The position numbers were made by a program, and so were the translations under genes. This document shows, in pieces, positions 1-10,269 of a stretch of DNA of 64,000 nt; the stretch's first letter is position 1; the number at the start of each line of letters is the position of its first letter. Under the pieces are notes generated by a model. It made no database searches. It was not told where the DNA came from and worked only from the letters and a program-made list of their open reading frames with translations. The DNA is taken from contig OZ252149.1 of assembly GCA_965248755.1 (NCBI GenBank), positions 2,592,001 through 2,656,000 on the forward strand. Direction: 5' to 3'. The stretch comes from Candidatus Latescibacterota bacterium. Lineage in GTDB: Bacteria > Latescibacterota > CBDEFO01.

Positions 1-771
1 GGTCAAGTCAGCCGACCAGAGACTGTCAGGACGATCCATCACAGAACGCTTCTGGGCAACCTGTGGCCCCTTTCTCCCGGGGTCCCCGATTGATTCTATC
101 GGGGATTCCACAGCTTACACTGCCACCCCTTAAGCTTCATTATCCTATGAACCTTCTTGATGTTGACATATGCCCCTTCCTTGAAACGAAGATGCGCCCA
201 AACCCGCCTGTGACCAAATGCCTCTTCTTGGTCGAGTATCCCTCGAATACGAAAAGCAAGCTGTTCATCTATCACAGACTCTTCGACAGAAGAACTGACA
301 CCTCTATACCTAAGCCTACACAGAGTCGAACGATGCAAACCCAAAGCCAAAGCTACCACCTTCCGGGAATAGCCTCGACCCAAAAACCGCTCACTCAAGG
401 CAACCGCTTCGTTTTTTTTAGACGGGCTACCTCCTCGAGTATCTCCAACTGGAGGGTTAAGTGCCCTACCTTACGCTCCAACCGGCTGACCTCCCGCTCC
501 TTCGCATCCTTGCGACCACGCCGAGACTTCAGACTCTCCTGGCCTCCTTCCAAGAAACTATCACGCCAAGCATACGCCTGTGACTGGCTAATTCCATTCT
601 TCCAACACACCTCTGATACATTCGCTCCTTTCAAAACAGCCAACACCACCTCTACCTTACGGGTCGCCGTCCAGCGCTTACCATCTTTCACTTCGGGGCT
701 TGACACCTTGACCTCCTTTCTCAAACCCCAATTTGCAAAATATTTGTCGCCCTGTCAAGGGGAGCGGTATG
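1..771 (-). mobile_element. IS3-family insertion sequence, copy 1 (runs off the window start)
   Basis: Reverse complement of the first part of the copy at 7545-8832; identity with copy 2 stops at 771 (left end 5'-CATACCGCTCCCC); contains orfA 395-724 and the 5' part of orfB. Confidence 0.93.
395..724 (-). CDS. IS3-family transposase OrfA (HTH)
   Basis: KRWTATRKVEVVLAVLKG...GISQSQAYAWRDSF HTH pattern; identical to 7592-7921. Confidence 0.88.
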   Translation of the reverse strand: MRKEVKVSSPEVKDGKRWTATRKVEVVLAVLKGANVSEVCWKNGISQSQAYAWRDSFLEGGQESLKSRRGRKDAKEREVSRLERKVGHLTLQLEILEEVARLKKTKRLP

Positions 772-1057
772 GATGATCTGCAATTATTTCTGGTCTCAAT
801 ATGAAAATCCATACTATTACTGAGGGTATGAGCAGATTATCCGCCAAAGAATCCAATTTGCTGCCGAGCCCACTAGCTTGGTTGAATTTTCTGGCCATCA
901 GACCGTCCAGAAAATCTGTCAGACCTACTATGATTAGTCCGATACCAACGTAAAATGACAATTTCATAAGGGCCAAAATCCATAAGATTGGAATTAGGAA
1001 TAATCTCAAGCCTGAGAGTTGATTTGGAACCGTTTGGAACTGTTTAAGAACTTGCAT
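772..1057 (-). pseudogene. CDP-alcohol phosphatidyltransferase, 3' part cut off by the IS3 element
   Basis: PNQLSGLR...TDFLDGLMARKFNQASGLGSKLDSLAD motif; the ORF runs into the IS end at 771. Confidence 0.85.
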
Positions 1058-1108
1058 GGATTCTCCGTGCTTTGGGACAGTGTTCTGGATGCTGGAAAAT
1101 TGCCCCGT

Positions 1109-2339
1109 TTAGCTACCTGAATCTGACAGACTGGAAACCATCTGCTGAACTTCGGTTTCCAATTCCAGGCTCAGACGCTGTATGGTGTCTCTTTTCTCTT
1201 TTTCGTAAGCTTCATAAGCGTCCAACAGATTTATAGGAGTGGCAACATGGATAAGAGCCGTCCTGGGTCCTTTCGTTTTGGGGAAGCCGTAGACTTCCTT
1301 TTCCAAGCGGGCGATGACTTCCAGAAAGCGTTCCTGAGATGGATTTTCACCGACGTACCCTTCGTAGATGGCAATAAAGTTCACGATTCGGCTAAGGTCT
1401 AACTAAAATTGTCGAAATTTGTCGAGACGCTGTTCGTGGATCTCTTTTCCATATTCCGTCAACTCGTCCTCTTCCATGTAGACCTCCTCATCGATCTGGT
1501 TACCAATAGCCCGGACCCTATTCAGAGGAAGAGATCCCGACCGGGGAACAATTCCCACAAAGTTCTCCATCTCTGACAGAATATGTTCTCTCAACTGTTG
1601 AATGCGCTCGTTGAGTGAACTTTCCTCGCTTAGAGGAAGTTGATATTCCTTGTGCCAGTGTTACCTATAGGACAGCCCCCACGTTTTGGAGGCGATCGTA
1701 TAAATCTTCTGATAGATTTGAATTCTTTGGCAGGACTTTTCTCTCTAACTTTGCGAGTGCCTTTTCAATTTCCTGCCACATATCTTTCTTGTAGATATAC
1801 TTGATAGCCACACGCACAACGTAAATTGGTTTTACTTGTCCAGACTTCTTTATATCGTCCAGTGCCCAGAAGCCCAACTGTACAACGCCACTTTCAAAGG
1901 GCATCACCGTATCGTTCTGGTGTGAGATTTCTCCCTCAGCAAAAATGACCAATTTACGCTTTCCTTCTGAGAGGGTCTCTCGCGTTATCCGAAACGATTC
2001 GCGATCAACGGCACCGTGCACCACTGAATAGACCCCGAGGCGCTGCATGAAAAATTCCCTCAGACCGCCTCCACCGCGGAGGTGGAGAGTCTCCCGCGCT
2101 GCTACATAGCGGAATCGCTCCCCGAGGAGTTTTGAGAGCGCAAAGATTACAGAAGCATCTTCAGGGCTTGGATAGTTAGGTACCATTACGGTAGCGAATC
2201 CGGCAGTCGCTCTTAACCTCTCCTGAGATTCAGCGTCAACATCTAAACTTAACCCCTTCAGTCGCATGATTAAGGGCACCAGCTACTTGGCTGGCCTAAG
2301 GACGAAATCATTCTCTTTCGGAGGTTTGAAGTCTAACAT
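1109..2339 (-). pseudogene. PlsC-like acyltransferase, fragmented
   Basis: Acyltransferase-like blocks (FRYVAARE, LVIFAEGEIS, VAIKYIY) spread over three ORFs; TAG stops at about 2283, 1665 and 1403 plus a frameshift near 1655; NH motif reads NY. Confidence 0.75.
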
Positions 2340-2436
2340 TGTGAGCTACTTGGCATTACGCTTTCCGCGAGAGGCTTGTAGCAGATAGGCATGGAAGGAG
2401 GTATCCCTATCTAATTTCAATCTGTTACGATCTGGT

Positions 2437-2775
2437 TTATGTCTTGGACAGCGGGATATTGGGAAAACTTGGGCCGCAAAAGGTTGAGGGGATAGATTCC
2501 GAAAGTTCATCATGCGACATGCACTCGTCCAAGAGGACGAAATACTCCTTGTGCGATGCAGCGTACTTTTTGTGGGGCGAGGCCACATTGCAGTCGGCGG
2601 AGCCAGCTCCGAATTCCCGCTCTATCGCTTCCTTCAACTTCGGGTGGACGATCTTACCTTTGATATTTTTCTTGTATCGTGTCTCCTCTTCGAACTTGCG
2701 TATATGTTTGTAGAGGTGGTCGTACATCGGCCTACACTGAAGAAAAGGAAGTTTAGGACCTTTAAATTCAGGCAT
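2437..2775 (-). CDS. hypothetical protein
   Basis: 112-aa ORF with ATG and a purine-rich upstream sequence; no recognised motif. Confidence 0.45.
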   Translation of the reverse strand: MPEFKGPKLPFLQCRPMYDHLYKHIRKFEEETRYKKNIKGKIVHPKLKEAIEREFGAGSADCNVASPHKKYAASHKEYFVLLDECMSHDELSESIPSTFCGPSFPNIPLSKT

Positions 2776-2948
2776 AGACTTCCCCTTTACCCTAATCTAC
2801 TATCTCCCACACGTCAGACAGGAATGTCTGACCCACCGGGTTCAGCCCCACTTGCCTTTGCTTTCCCCCAGCTTATTGAAGTTAGGGGGATGGGAGGTGG
2901 TGCCCTGTCTACTGACTACCCCCGATTGAATCTATCGGGGGCTCGTGT

Positions 2949-3683
2949 CTACTTATTTTTGTCCTCCACCTTTTTTATCTTGTCGAGCCTCCTCTGATGT
3001 CTGCCTCCTGCAAAGGCAGTGTCAAGCCAGATCTTTACTATCTGTAGAGCCATCGGTTCGCCAGTCATATACGCCCCTAAGGACAAAAGATTTGCCCCCA
3101 CCTTACTCCTTGCCTCCCTTGCCATCAAAGTGTCCCAACAGACGGCGGCGTAGACCCCTGGAACTTTATTGCACACGATCGCCGATGCAAAGCCGCCGCC
3201 ATCTATCACGATCCCTGTACCACATTCCCCCTCAGATACGGCGTTTGCCACTTTTTCGGATATATCAGGATAGTCCACAGGCTGAGTCGAAGATGTTCCG
3301 AAGTCCACTACGTCCCTTCCACTCTCCTTTAGAAACTTCTTGATCGCCTCTTTCATGGCGTAACCGCTGTGGTCTGATCCCAAAGCGACACGTTCGAAAG
3401 AGGATTCGGGAATCTTGGTGGAGTCTGAATCTGCAGTGAGATTTTCGGCAATCGCAAGAGATATTCCGGCCTTTCTCATCATGTCTTGTGCTAAAGGAGT
3501 GACTACAACTTTCGTCTTGGCAGAGATATACCTACAACCTTTCGAGATAGCCGACGAGACATCTTCTGCCGTAATCACGGACTTTTGAAAGACGATGGAG
3601 AGTTTATGCTCACTCCTCTGACTCCGGGTCAATCTTGCTATCACCTCTTCGACGATTTTGGCTATTTGATCTTCGTTCAACAC
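2949..3683 (-). CDS. rpiB: ribose-5-phosphate isomerase B with ~95-aa N-terminal extension
   Basis: VALGSDHSG, DFGT, VDYPD, CNKVPGV, FAGGRHQRRLDKI motifs. Confidence 0.9.
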   Translation of the reverse strand: MLNEDQIAKIVEEVIARLTRSQRSEHKLSIVFQKSVITAEDVSSAISKGCRYISAKTKVVVTPLAQDMMRKAGISLAIAENLTADSDSTKIPESSFERVALGSDHSGYAMKEAIKKFLKESGRDVVDFGTSSTQPVDYPDISEKVANAVSEGECGTGIVIDGGGFASAIVCNKVPGVYAAVCWDTLMAREARSKVGANLLSLGAYMTGEPMALQIVKIWLDTAFAGGRHQRRLDKIKKVEDKNK

Positions 3684-3819
3684 AGAAAAGTCCCAAAGCT
3701 GGCAGGTTCAAGCTGCGTTGCAGAGCTTTCGCATTACGTAGCAGAAGTAATATATTGAAGTACAGTTCCCAAGTCAATATACAAAACTTATTGCATGTCC
3801 CTTTTCTTCAATCTTCCAT

Positions 3820-3846
3820 TAAAGATTCCATCTAATCTGCCGATAA
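3820..3846 (+). promoter_or_regulatory. sigma28 (FliA) promoter P1
   Basis: TAAA-N15-GCCGATAA, consensus match upstream of flagellin. Confidence 0.88.
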
Positions 3847-3901
3847 ACAAAAACAGATAGGCAGGTTAAATTGTAGAATCGTCAAAATTTATGTAGAGAA
3901 T

Positions 3902-3928
3902 TAAAGTTTCAAATAAAAGTGACGATAA
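3902..3928 (+). promoter_or_regulatory. sigma28 promoter P2
   Basis: TAAAGTTT-N11-GACGATAA, one mismatch. Confidence 0.75.
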
Positions 3929-4108
3929 TTCTACGTAGAGACAAAAATGACTAAAGGAGGTGATTATGATCCCATCCGAAGTTCGTCGGCTCCTTCGGAC
4001 AGAATCAAATTGAGCCGTCAACAGATGGGGCACGGACGCCCCGGACAAACCGTAGGGCTCCAAATCTTTCTGGAGCCAAAAGGTAGAATTTAACACGGAG
4101 GTTAAGAA

Positions 4109-5350
4109 ATGGCAAGAATCAACACTAACATCGCTGCTATGAACGCCATCAACGCGTTGCGGAACATCAACAAAAGGCTTGATGTGCATCAGCTCAGACT
4201 GGCCACGGGTAAGAGGATCAACACCGCTGCCGACGACGCTGCGGGATTGTCCATAGCCAATAAGCTGAAGGTAAGAGCGGAAGGTCTGGGTGTCGCAATC
4301 AACAATATAGGCGACGCCAAGAACCTCTTGGCCATCGCCGAAGGACACCTCCAGACCATCAGCGACACCCTGGGAACGATGAGAGCCAAAGCCGCCCAGG
4401 CGGCAAACGACACTCTGGGAGCTTCAGAGAGGACTACTTTAAAGAACGAGATAGAGCAGTTGGCCACGGAGATCGACGACCAGGTGGGACAGGCTCTGTT
4501 CAACAACATCGAGATCTTGAAAACCGCGACCGCCGCTTTTGATTTCCAGGTGGGAGCTGGAACTCTCGATACCATAACGTTCGATCTTACGGATACGTCT
4601 ACTTCAGGATACGCAACAGGATACACAGCGGCGCAGCTGGATGTGGTTGTAGGCTCTGCGACTGCTTCTGTCGCCACTACCTACGATCCCGTAAGTTTCA
4701 CTGTGGCTGTGGCTACTTCCCCTACATTCATCAACTCCGGCTTAAGTGAACTTACGGAGGGGTTCTACACAGTGGAAGTGACAGACGTAACCTACACTGC
4801 CGCTGGTGCCGCTACAGTCGGGACCATCACGTTCCAGGTAAGAGATTCAGCTGGCGTTATAGTCAATATCGATGCAGATGGACTCACAACAACAAAATCA
4901 GACACAGATGCCTCTGCAAGTATTACTTTTAGCGCAGGAGGGGACACCATCGAGTATGACACGGGTGTCGGATTTACGGTAGATTTTTCAGCGATAGCGT
5001 CTCTAACCTCAACTACCTCGACCTTCGGTATCGATTACGAACCTGATGGCGGCAGCGTAGCTACCAACGCCAATGCTACGGCTTTCGTCCAGAAGCTTGA
5101 CGACGCCATAGCCAATGTCTCTGAAGGGCTGAGCTATTTGGGGGCATTTACCAACAGGTTATCGGTCAAAGAGGACTCGCTGGCAACTGCGCAGGTGAAC
5201 ACCGAGTCTTCCAGAAGCAGGATCCAGGATGCTGACATAGCGCTTGAGCAGTTAGAGGCCACCAAGCTGCAGATACTGCAGCAGACGGCCGTAGCTATAC
5301 TGGCTCAAACCAACGTAGCTCCACAGATAGTACTGTCTCTCTTCCAGTAA
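4109..5350 (+). CDS. fliC: flagellin
   Basis: MARINTNIAAMNA...LATGKRINTAADDAAGLSIA N-terminus; SRIQDADIA...ILQQTAVAILAQTN C-terminus. Confidence 0.97.
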   Translation: MARINTNIAAMNAINALRNINKRLDVHQLRLATGKRINTAADDAAGLSIANKLKVRAEGLGVAINNIGDAKNLLAIAEGHLQTISDTLGTMRAKAAQAANDTLGASERTTLKNEIEQLATEIDDQVGQALFNNIEILKTATAAFDFQVGAGTLDTITFDLTDTSTSGYATGYTAAQLDVVVGSATASVATTYDPVSFTVAVATSPTFINSGLSELTEGFYTVEVTDVTYTAAGAATVGTITFQVRDSAGVIVNIDADGLTTTKSDTDASASITFSAGGDTIEYDTGVGFTVDFSAIASLTSTTSTFGIDYEPDGGSVATNANATAFVQKLDDAIANVSEGLSYLGAFTNRLSVKEDSLATAQVNTESSRSRIQDADIALEQLEATKLQILQQTAVAILAQTNVAPQIVLSLFQ

Positions 5351-5371
5351 ACCTGGTAAACCTTAAACCTG

Positions 5372-5426
5372 TTGAGAATAGGAGGACAGACGGGATACTT
5401 CTCCCTCCTGTCCTCCTCCCTTCTCA
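5372..5426 (+). terminator. long hairpin after fliC (terminator or stabiliser)
   Basis: TTGAGAA..GGAGGACAG pairs with CTGTCCTCC..TTCTCAA. Confidence 0.55.
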
Positions 5427-5557
5427 AAATAAGGTAGGAAGTAGATAGGGGCGCAACAGATGGCCCCTTGGGCTATGTTAACGAAGGACACAACCAACAA
5501 CTTATGTGAATCCGGACAGGGAAGACCGGACACCTACAGCCAAGGAGAAGAACAAGA

Positions 5558-5917
5558 ATGGCGTCATATCCAGCTTTCGCACCTCCGAGAACACAGTTAT
5601 CTAATGTGTACAATAACTATAAAGACCAGGAGATATTAGCGGCAAGTCCGGAGCGTTTGACTCTCTTCATATTCGATTTTGCAGTCAAAGGTTGTAAGAA
5701 GAAAAAAGAGGATGATGTCAGCAGGGCTTTAGTCCAGCTCATAGATTCTCTAAACTTCAAGTATGAGGACGTTGCAGTGGGGCTCTTCAGATTGTACGAA
5801 TACTGTATGAGGATGGTAAAAGAGGGGGAATTTGAAGTTCCCCTGGAATTATTAAGTGAACTTCGTGACACCTGGGCAACGGCCATGGGTGAACAAACTC
5901 TGCCTGAGTCTTCATAG
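5558..5917 (+). CDS. fliS: flagellin chaperone FliS
   Basis: ILAASPERLTL...LIDSLNF...LFRLYEYC...LSELRDTW. Confidence 0.9.
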   Translation: MASYPAFAPPRTQLSNVYNNYKDQEILAASPERLTLFIFDFAVKGCKKKKEDDVSRALVQLIDSLNFKYEDVAVGLFRLYEYCMRMVKEGEFEVPLELLSELRDTWATAMGEQTLPESS

Positions 5918-7591
5918 AACTTGGGTCCTTAAAGATGAGGAAGTAGGTACAAAACATGGCAAGTATTTCATCTGCATCCGGTATCAACTCTCTGGTTTCT
6001 CAGTTTTTGGCTTTAGAGAGGCGTCCCGTAACTTCCCTGGAAGACAAGAAGTCCACCATAAACCGGGAGATAGCGGTATTTACGGATGTCAATACTTCTC
6101 TTTCCAAGCTGGAAGATCTTGCAACGGATCTGGCTGATACTGAAACCACTTCTATTTTTGATGATAAGACGACTTCGTCTTCCGAGACAGACACAGTTAC
6201 CGCTACGTCCGCGTCGGGAGCTGCGGCGGGAAACTACACCTTCCGCGTGAAGCAGTTAGCCACAGCCACCTCTTTTAAGAGCACAGGCGATCTTAACACT
6301 TCCGCCGGGACCAAAAGTTCACCGCAGGTGGTGGACGGCGCCACAAATAATCTGGATACCACACTGAGCTTTGCAGATGCGGGATTCGACAACACCCCCG
6401 ACGGAACCGTTACGGTCGACGGTCAGACGTTCACCCTATCAAGCTACAGCACAGTGGACGCCTTTATAGATGCCATAAACGCCGACGCTACGGCGGCGGC
6501 CAACATCTATTACGACCAGGACGAGGACAAGTTCGTCATAGAAGCCGACAACGGAGGCGCCAGCATAACCATATCTGAGACCGGAACTGTGGGATTCTTT
6601 ACAGAGGTGAATATTGCCACAGGGACGTTTACCACCAACAGCGGAGCCGGCGTTCAGACGGACGTGCTGCTTTACAAAGCCAACTTCGACACAGCGCTTG
6701 CAAGCACAGATTCAGGGAGTTTCAAAATAAACGGCACCACGATAACCTTCGACGCTGACGAAGATACTTTCAACGAGGTCCTATCCAGGATAAACAGCTC
6801 GGAGGCGGGAGTCACAGCTTTCTACGACAACAGCCTCGACAGAGTGGTTGTAACCTCAGACGCTACCGGAACCGAAGAGATAGTATTCTCGGACATCAGC
6901 GGCACCTTCTTAAGTAGCGTGTTGAAGCTCTCAGGCGTGACACAGACCACAGGACAGGACGCCCTCTTTACGCTAAATAGTACAGATTCGGCCGACGAGA
7001 TAACCAAGTCGTCCAACACGTTCGAGATAAACGGCGTGACGTTTACGCTCAAAGCTACGAACGTTACCCTCTACACAGACTCCTCGGACGCTACGGTGAC
7101 CGTAAGTCAGGACACCGCCGCTATAGAGGCCAAGATAAAGAGCTTCTTGAGTCAGGTCAACAGCACTCTGAATTTCATCAAGGCCAAGTCCGCTGTCAAC
7201 GCTGACACATCCTTCAGGGGCGTACTTGCGGGTAACACCACGTTCACAAGTCTGAGGCGGGATATTCTGGATATCCTGACGGACGACGTATCGGGAGCTT
7301 CAACAGGCAAGCCGCAGAACCTGGGGGAAATAGGTATAACCTTCGACGACGACCTACAGGTGAGCCTCTCAGATGCAGCCCTTTTGGCGTCCGAGCTATC
7401 TGAAGATTCCGAGGCGGTCCAGCTCCTGTTCAACTCCACAAACGGCGTCGCCGCAAGGATAGAGGCCCTTTTGGAGCCGTTTACCGAAACCAACGGAATA
7501 ATTGACGACATAAAGGACAGCTCCAGCGACCGGATTGAAAGGATCATACCGCTCCCCTTGACAGGGCGACAAATATTTTGCAAATTGGGGT

Positions 7592-7921
7592 TTGAGAAAG
7601 GAGGTCAAGGTGTCAAGCCCCGAAGTGAAAGATGGTAAGCGCTGGACGGCGACCCGTAAGGTAGAGGTGGTGTTGGCTGTTTTGAAAGGAGCGAATGTAT
7701 CAGAGGTGTGTTGGAAGAATGGAATTAGCCAGTCACAGGCGTATGCTTGGCGTGATAGTTTCTTGGAAGGAGGCCAGGAGAGTCTGAAGTCTCGGCGTGG
7801 TCGCAAGGATGCGAAGGAGCGGGAGGTCAGCCGGTTGGAGCGTAAGGTAGGGCACTTAACCCTCCAGTTGGAGATACTCGAGGAGGTAGCCCGTCTAAAA
7901 AAAACGAAGCGGTTGCCTTGA
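7592..7921 (+). CDS. IS3 OrfA
   Basis: HTH transposase protein ending over the A8 slippery run. Confidence 0.88.
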   Translation: MRKEVKVSSPEVKDGKRWTATRKVEVVLAVLKGANVSEVCWKNGISQSQAYAWRDSFLEGGQESLKSRRGRKDAKEREVSRLERKVGHLTLQLEILEEVARLKKTKRLP

Positions 7922-8803
7922 GTGAGCGGTTTTTGGGTCGAGGCTATTCCCGGAAGGTGGTAGCTTTGGCTTTGGGTTTGCATCGTTCGACTCTGTGTAG
8001 GCTTAGGTATAGAGGTGTCAGTTCTTCTGTCGAAGAGTCTGTGATAGATGAACAGCTTGCTTTTCGTATTCGAGGGATACTCGACCAAGAAGAGGCATTT
8101 GGTCACAGGCGGGTTTGGGCGCATCTTCGTTTCAAGGAAGGGGCATATGTCAACATCAAGAAGGTTCATAGGATAATGAAGCTTAAGGGGTGGCAGTGTA
8201 AGCTGTGGAATCCCCGATAGAATCAATCGGGGACCCCGGGAGAAAGGGGCCACAGGTTGCCCAGAAGCGTTCTGTGATGGATCGTCCTGACAGTCTCTGG
8301 TCGGCTGACTTGACCAAGATCTATTGTGGGGAAGATGGTTGGTGTCCTCTTATTGCGGTGGTGGACAACGGGAGTCGGGAGGTTCCCCGGGTATCGTTTT
8401 AGTCGAAAAGGGAGGGCACTGGAGGCCACAGATGCCCTGGATCGGGCCGTGATCTCTCGATACACTTCCTAAGGAGGCTGTCCCCCAGGGTCTCACTTTG
8501 CGCTCTGACAACGGCTCCATCTTTTTGTCTCGGACCTATTTGGCAAGTACCGAATATTGGGACATTCGTCAAGAATATATTCCGAGCGGAAAGGCCGATT
8601 GGAACGGGGTCATAGAACGTTTTTTCAGGACCCTCAAGCAGGAGTGTGTGTGGCTTCACAATTTCAAGTCCTTTGAACAAGCTGAGAAGATCATATCTCA
8701 GTGGATCGATAATTACAACAAGAACAGGCTTCATTCATCCCTGGGATACAAGACCCCGGAAGAGTGGAGAAAACAATTTTATCTGCTACCCCAAGTTGCT
8801 TAA
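7918..8803 (+). pseudogene. IS3 OrfB DDE transposase, broken into four pieces
   Basis: FGHRRVW, WSADLT, RSDNGS, IERFFRTLKQE, YNKNRLHSSLGYKTP motifs; frame breaks at about 8212-8232, 8387 and 8470. Confidence 0.88.
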
Positions 8804-9025
8804 TTGATGTCGCTTTTCTGGGGGGCAGTACAGGATCGACACTCAAATAGAGAGACTTGAAGAGAGAATCTCCCGAAAAGAGATCAGCTTCAGACGGAAG
8901 TTCTCACAGGCGCAGCAGTCTTTGAATCTGATATTAAGACAGCAGTCAATAGTTCAGAGTTTTCTCAGATTTTCGGAGAATTTCACTTTGTCTACGTTTT
9001 AAGGTGTTATACTGAGAAGTTTTCA

Positions 9026-9054
9026 TTGACATCTAACATTTTCTTCTGTATCTT
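9026..9054 (+). promoter_or_regulatory. sigma70-type promoter upstream of flaG
   Basis: TTGACA-N17-TATCTT. Confidence 0.5.
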
Positions 9055-9141
9055 TTTGATGAAACGCAAAAGAATAGGGGACGTTGATCTCAACCCCCGA
9101 TTGAATCTATCGGGGATCAACTCACAAGGAGGTGAGTTGCA

Positions 9142-9711
9142 ATGGCAGAATTTGAAATACAACCGTTAACCAGTACGGCAGAGTCCCCTCCTGTAAGCCC
9201 CCGTGCACGAGGTCAAAAGGCCGAGCGCCCAAAATCTGATGAAAAACAGGTAGCAGAACAGAATCGGACTCCTGAGAAAGATTCGACTAAAGATGTAGAC
9301 AAATTGGTCGAAAATAGAAGAAAAAGTGTCGTTGCTGAGGAATTGATGAGACACGTCTCGTTTTCAGTCAATCAGGAAACGGGACAGGTAACGGTCGAAG
9401 TCATCGATGATGGGACTGAAGAAGTTATACGGGAGATATCTGTGAAGGGAGATCCGGCCAAAGCTATAGACAAATTGGCCGACGATATCAGAAAAAGGTC
9501 CGAAGATGTCAGCGAGAAGATCGCAGCTTATGCTGAGGGATTCAAGAGACATGTCTCGTTTTCAGTCAGTAAGGACGCGGGCCAGGTAGTGATCCAAGTA
9601 ATTAGCGATGAGACTGAAGAGGTAATAAGGCAGATACCTATGCATGAAGCTATCAATTTTAAAAACAAAATAGAGGAACTGCTGGGAACATTTGTCGATA
9701 GGGAAGCGTGA
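9142..9711 (+). CDS. flaG: FlaG-family protein with two FlaG domains
   Basis: Repeated RHVSFSV..tGQV.v.VI.d.TEEVIR.I(P) units; flagellar context. Confidence 0.85.
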   Translation: MAEFEIQPLTSTAESPPVSPRARGQKAERPKSDEKQVAEQNRTPEKDSTKDVDKLVENRRKSVVAEELMRHVSFSVNQETGQVTVEVIDDGTEEVIREISVKGDPAKAIDKLADDIRKRSEDVSEKIAAYAEGFKRHVSFSVSKDAGQVVIQVISDETEEVIRQIPMHEAINFKNKIEELLGTFVDREA

Positions 9712-9795
9712 CCGGAACATTCCACGTCAAAGACCTATCTGTAGAAGTAAGCTCTTTAAGATCCAGCCACTACTAAAGACAAGTAATGTGATCAG

Positions 9796-10266
9796 ATGAC
9801 ACCAATATACGGCATAAATCAGCTTATAAAAGCTCTTCAAATAAAGAACCATGATGGCGCTTCACGGGTGAAGAAGAGTGAGCCTATTACGAAGGAGGCT
9901 CGTCTTGATAGCCTGGATCTTTCTGAAGTAGCCCTGAGCTTCCATAACCTCCAAGTTAAGTTTGACTCGATCCCGGACGTAAGGCATGAGAAGGTCGCTG
10001 ATGTAAAGGACAAGGTTAAGGAAGGATACTACAATAGAAGAGAAGTAGTAGAGGAAGTCGCAAAAGCGATTATTAAGACAAAGATATCCGGCGACTTTGA
10101 GATAGCCAGAAAGGTCATTGCCAAGACTAAGGGTCAGACTGACGTGAAAACAGACAATGTCGAAAGAGCGCGCCAAAGGGTAGAAGATGACTTTTACTTC
10201 ACAGATCGGGTCAAATCGGTTATAGCACAAAAGTTGTCATATATCCTTAACAGGAACGCTACCTAA
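9796..10266 (+). CDS. flgM: FlgM-like anti-sigma28 factor with a repeated C-terminal motif
   Basis: DSLDLSEVA...IPDVRHEKVADVKDKVKEGYY FlgM pattern, echoed by DVKTDNVERARQRVEDDFY. Confidence 0.65.
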   Translation: MTPIYGINQLIKALQIKNHDGASRVKKSEPITKEARLDSLDLSEVALSFHNLQVKFDSIPDVRHEKVADVKDKVKEGYYNRREVVEEVAKAIIKTKISGDFEIARKVIAKTKGQTDVKTDNVERARQRVEDDFYFTDRVKSVIAQKLSYILNRNAT

Positions 10267-10269
10267 ACG

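Larger units (their letters stand above)
7545..8832 (+). mobile_element. IS3-family insertion sequence, copy 2, 1288 bp, 4-bp TSD GGAT
   Basis: Imperfect terminal IRs (CATACCGCTCCCC..GCGACA / TGTCGC..GGGGGCAGTACA); GGAT at 7541-7544 and 8833-8836; orfA/orfB in -1 phase with A8 run at 7897-7904. Confidence 0.95.
5956..9002 (+). pseudogene. fliD: filament cap FliD interrupted by IS3
   Basis: FliD N-terminus (SGINSLVSQFLALER, VKQLATA); removing 7545-8836 restores ...DRIERIDTQIERLEERISRKEISFRRKFSQAQQSL...* ending at 9002. Confidence 0.93.

Noticed and set aside
63..776. 237-aa ORF and its twin at 7396-8253
   Set aside because: Antisense shadows of the IS3 transposase genes
1109..2339. Several in-frame TAG codons suggesting amber recoding
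   Set aside because: The gene also has a frameshift, and conserved genes such as hemB and the E2 gene end normally in TAG
1..8832. Composite transposon formed by the two IS3 copies around the flagellin genes
   Set aside because: Copy 2 has its own TSD inside fliD and copy 1 interrupts another gene, indicating independent insertions
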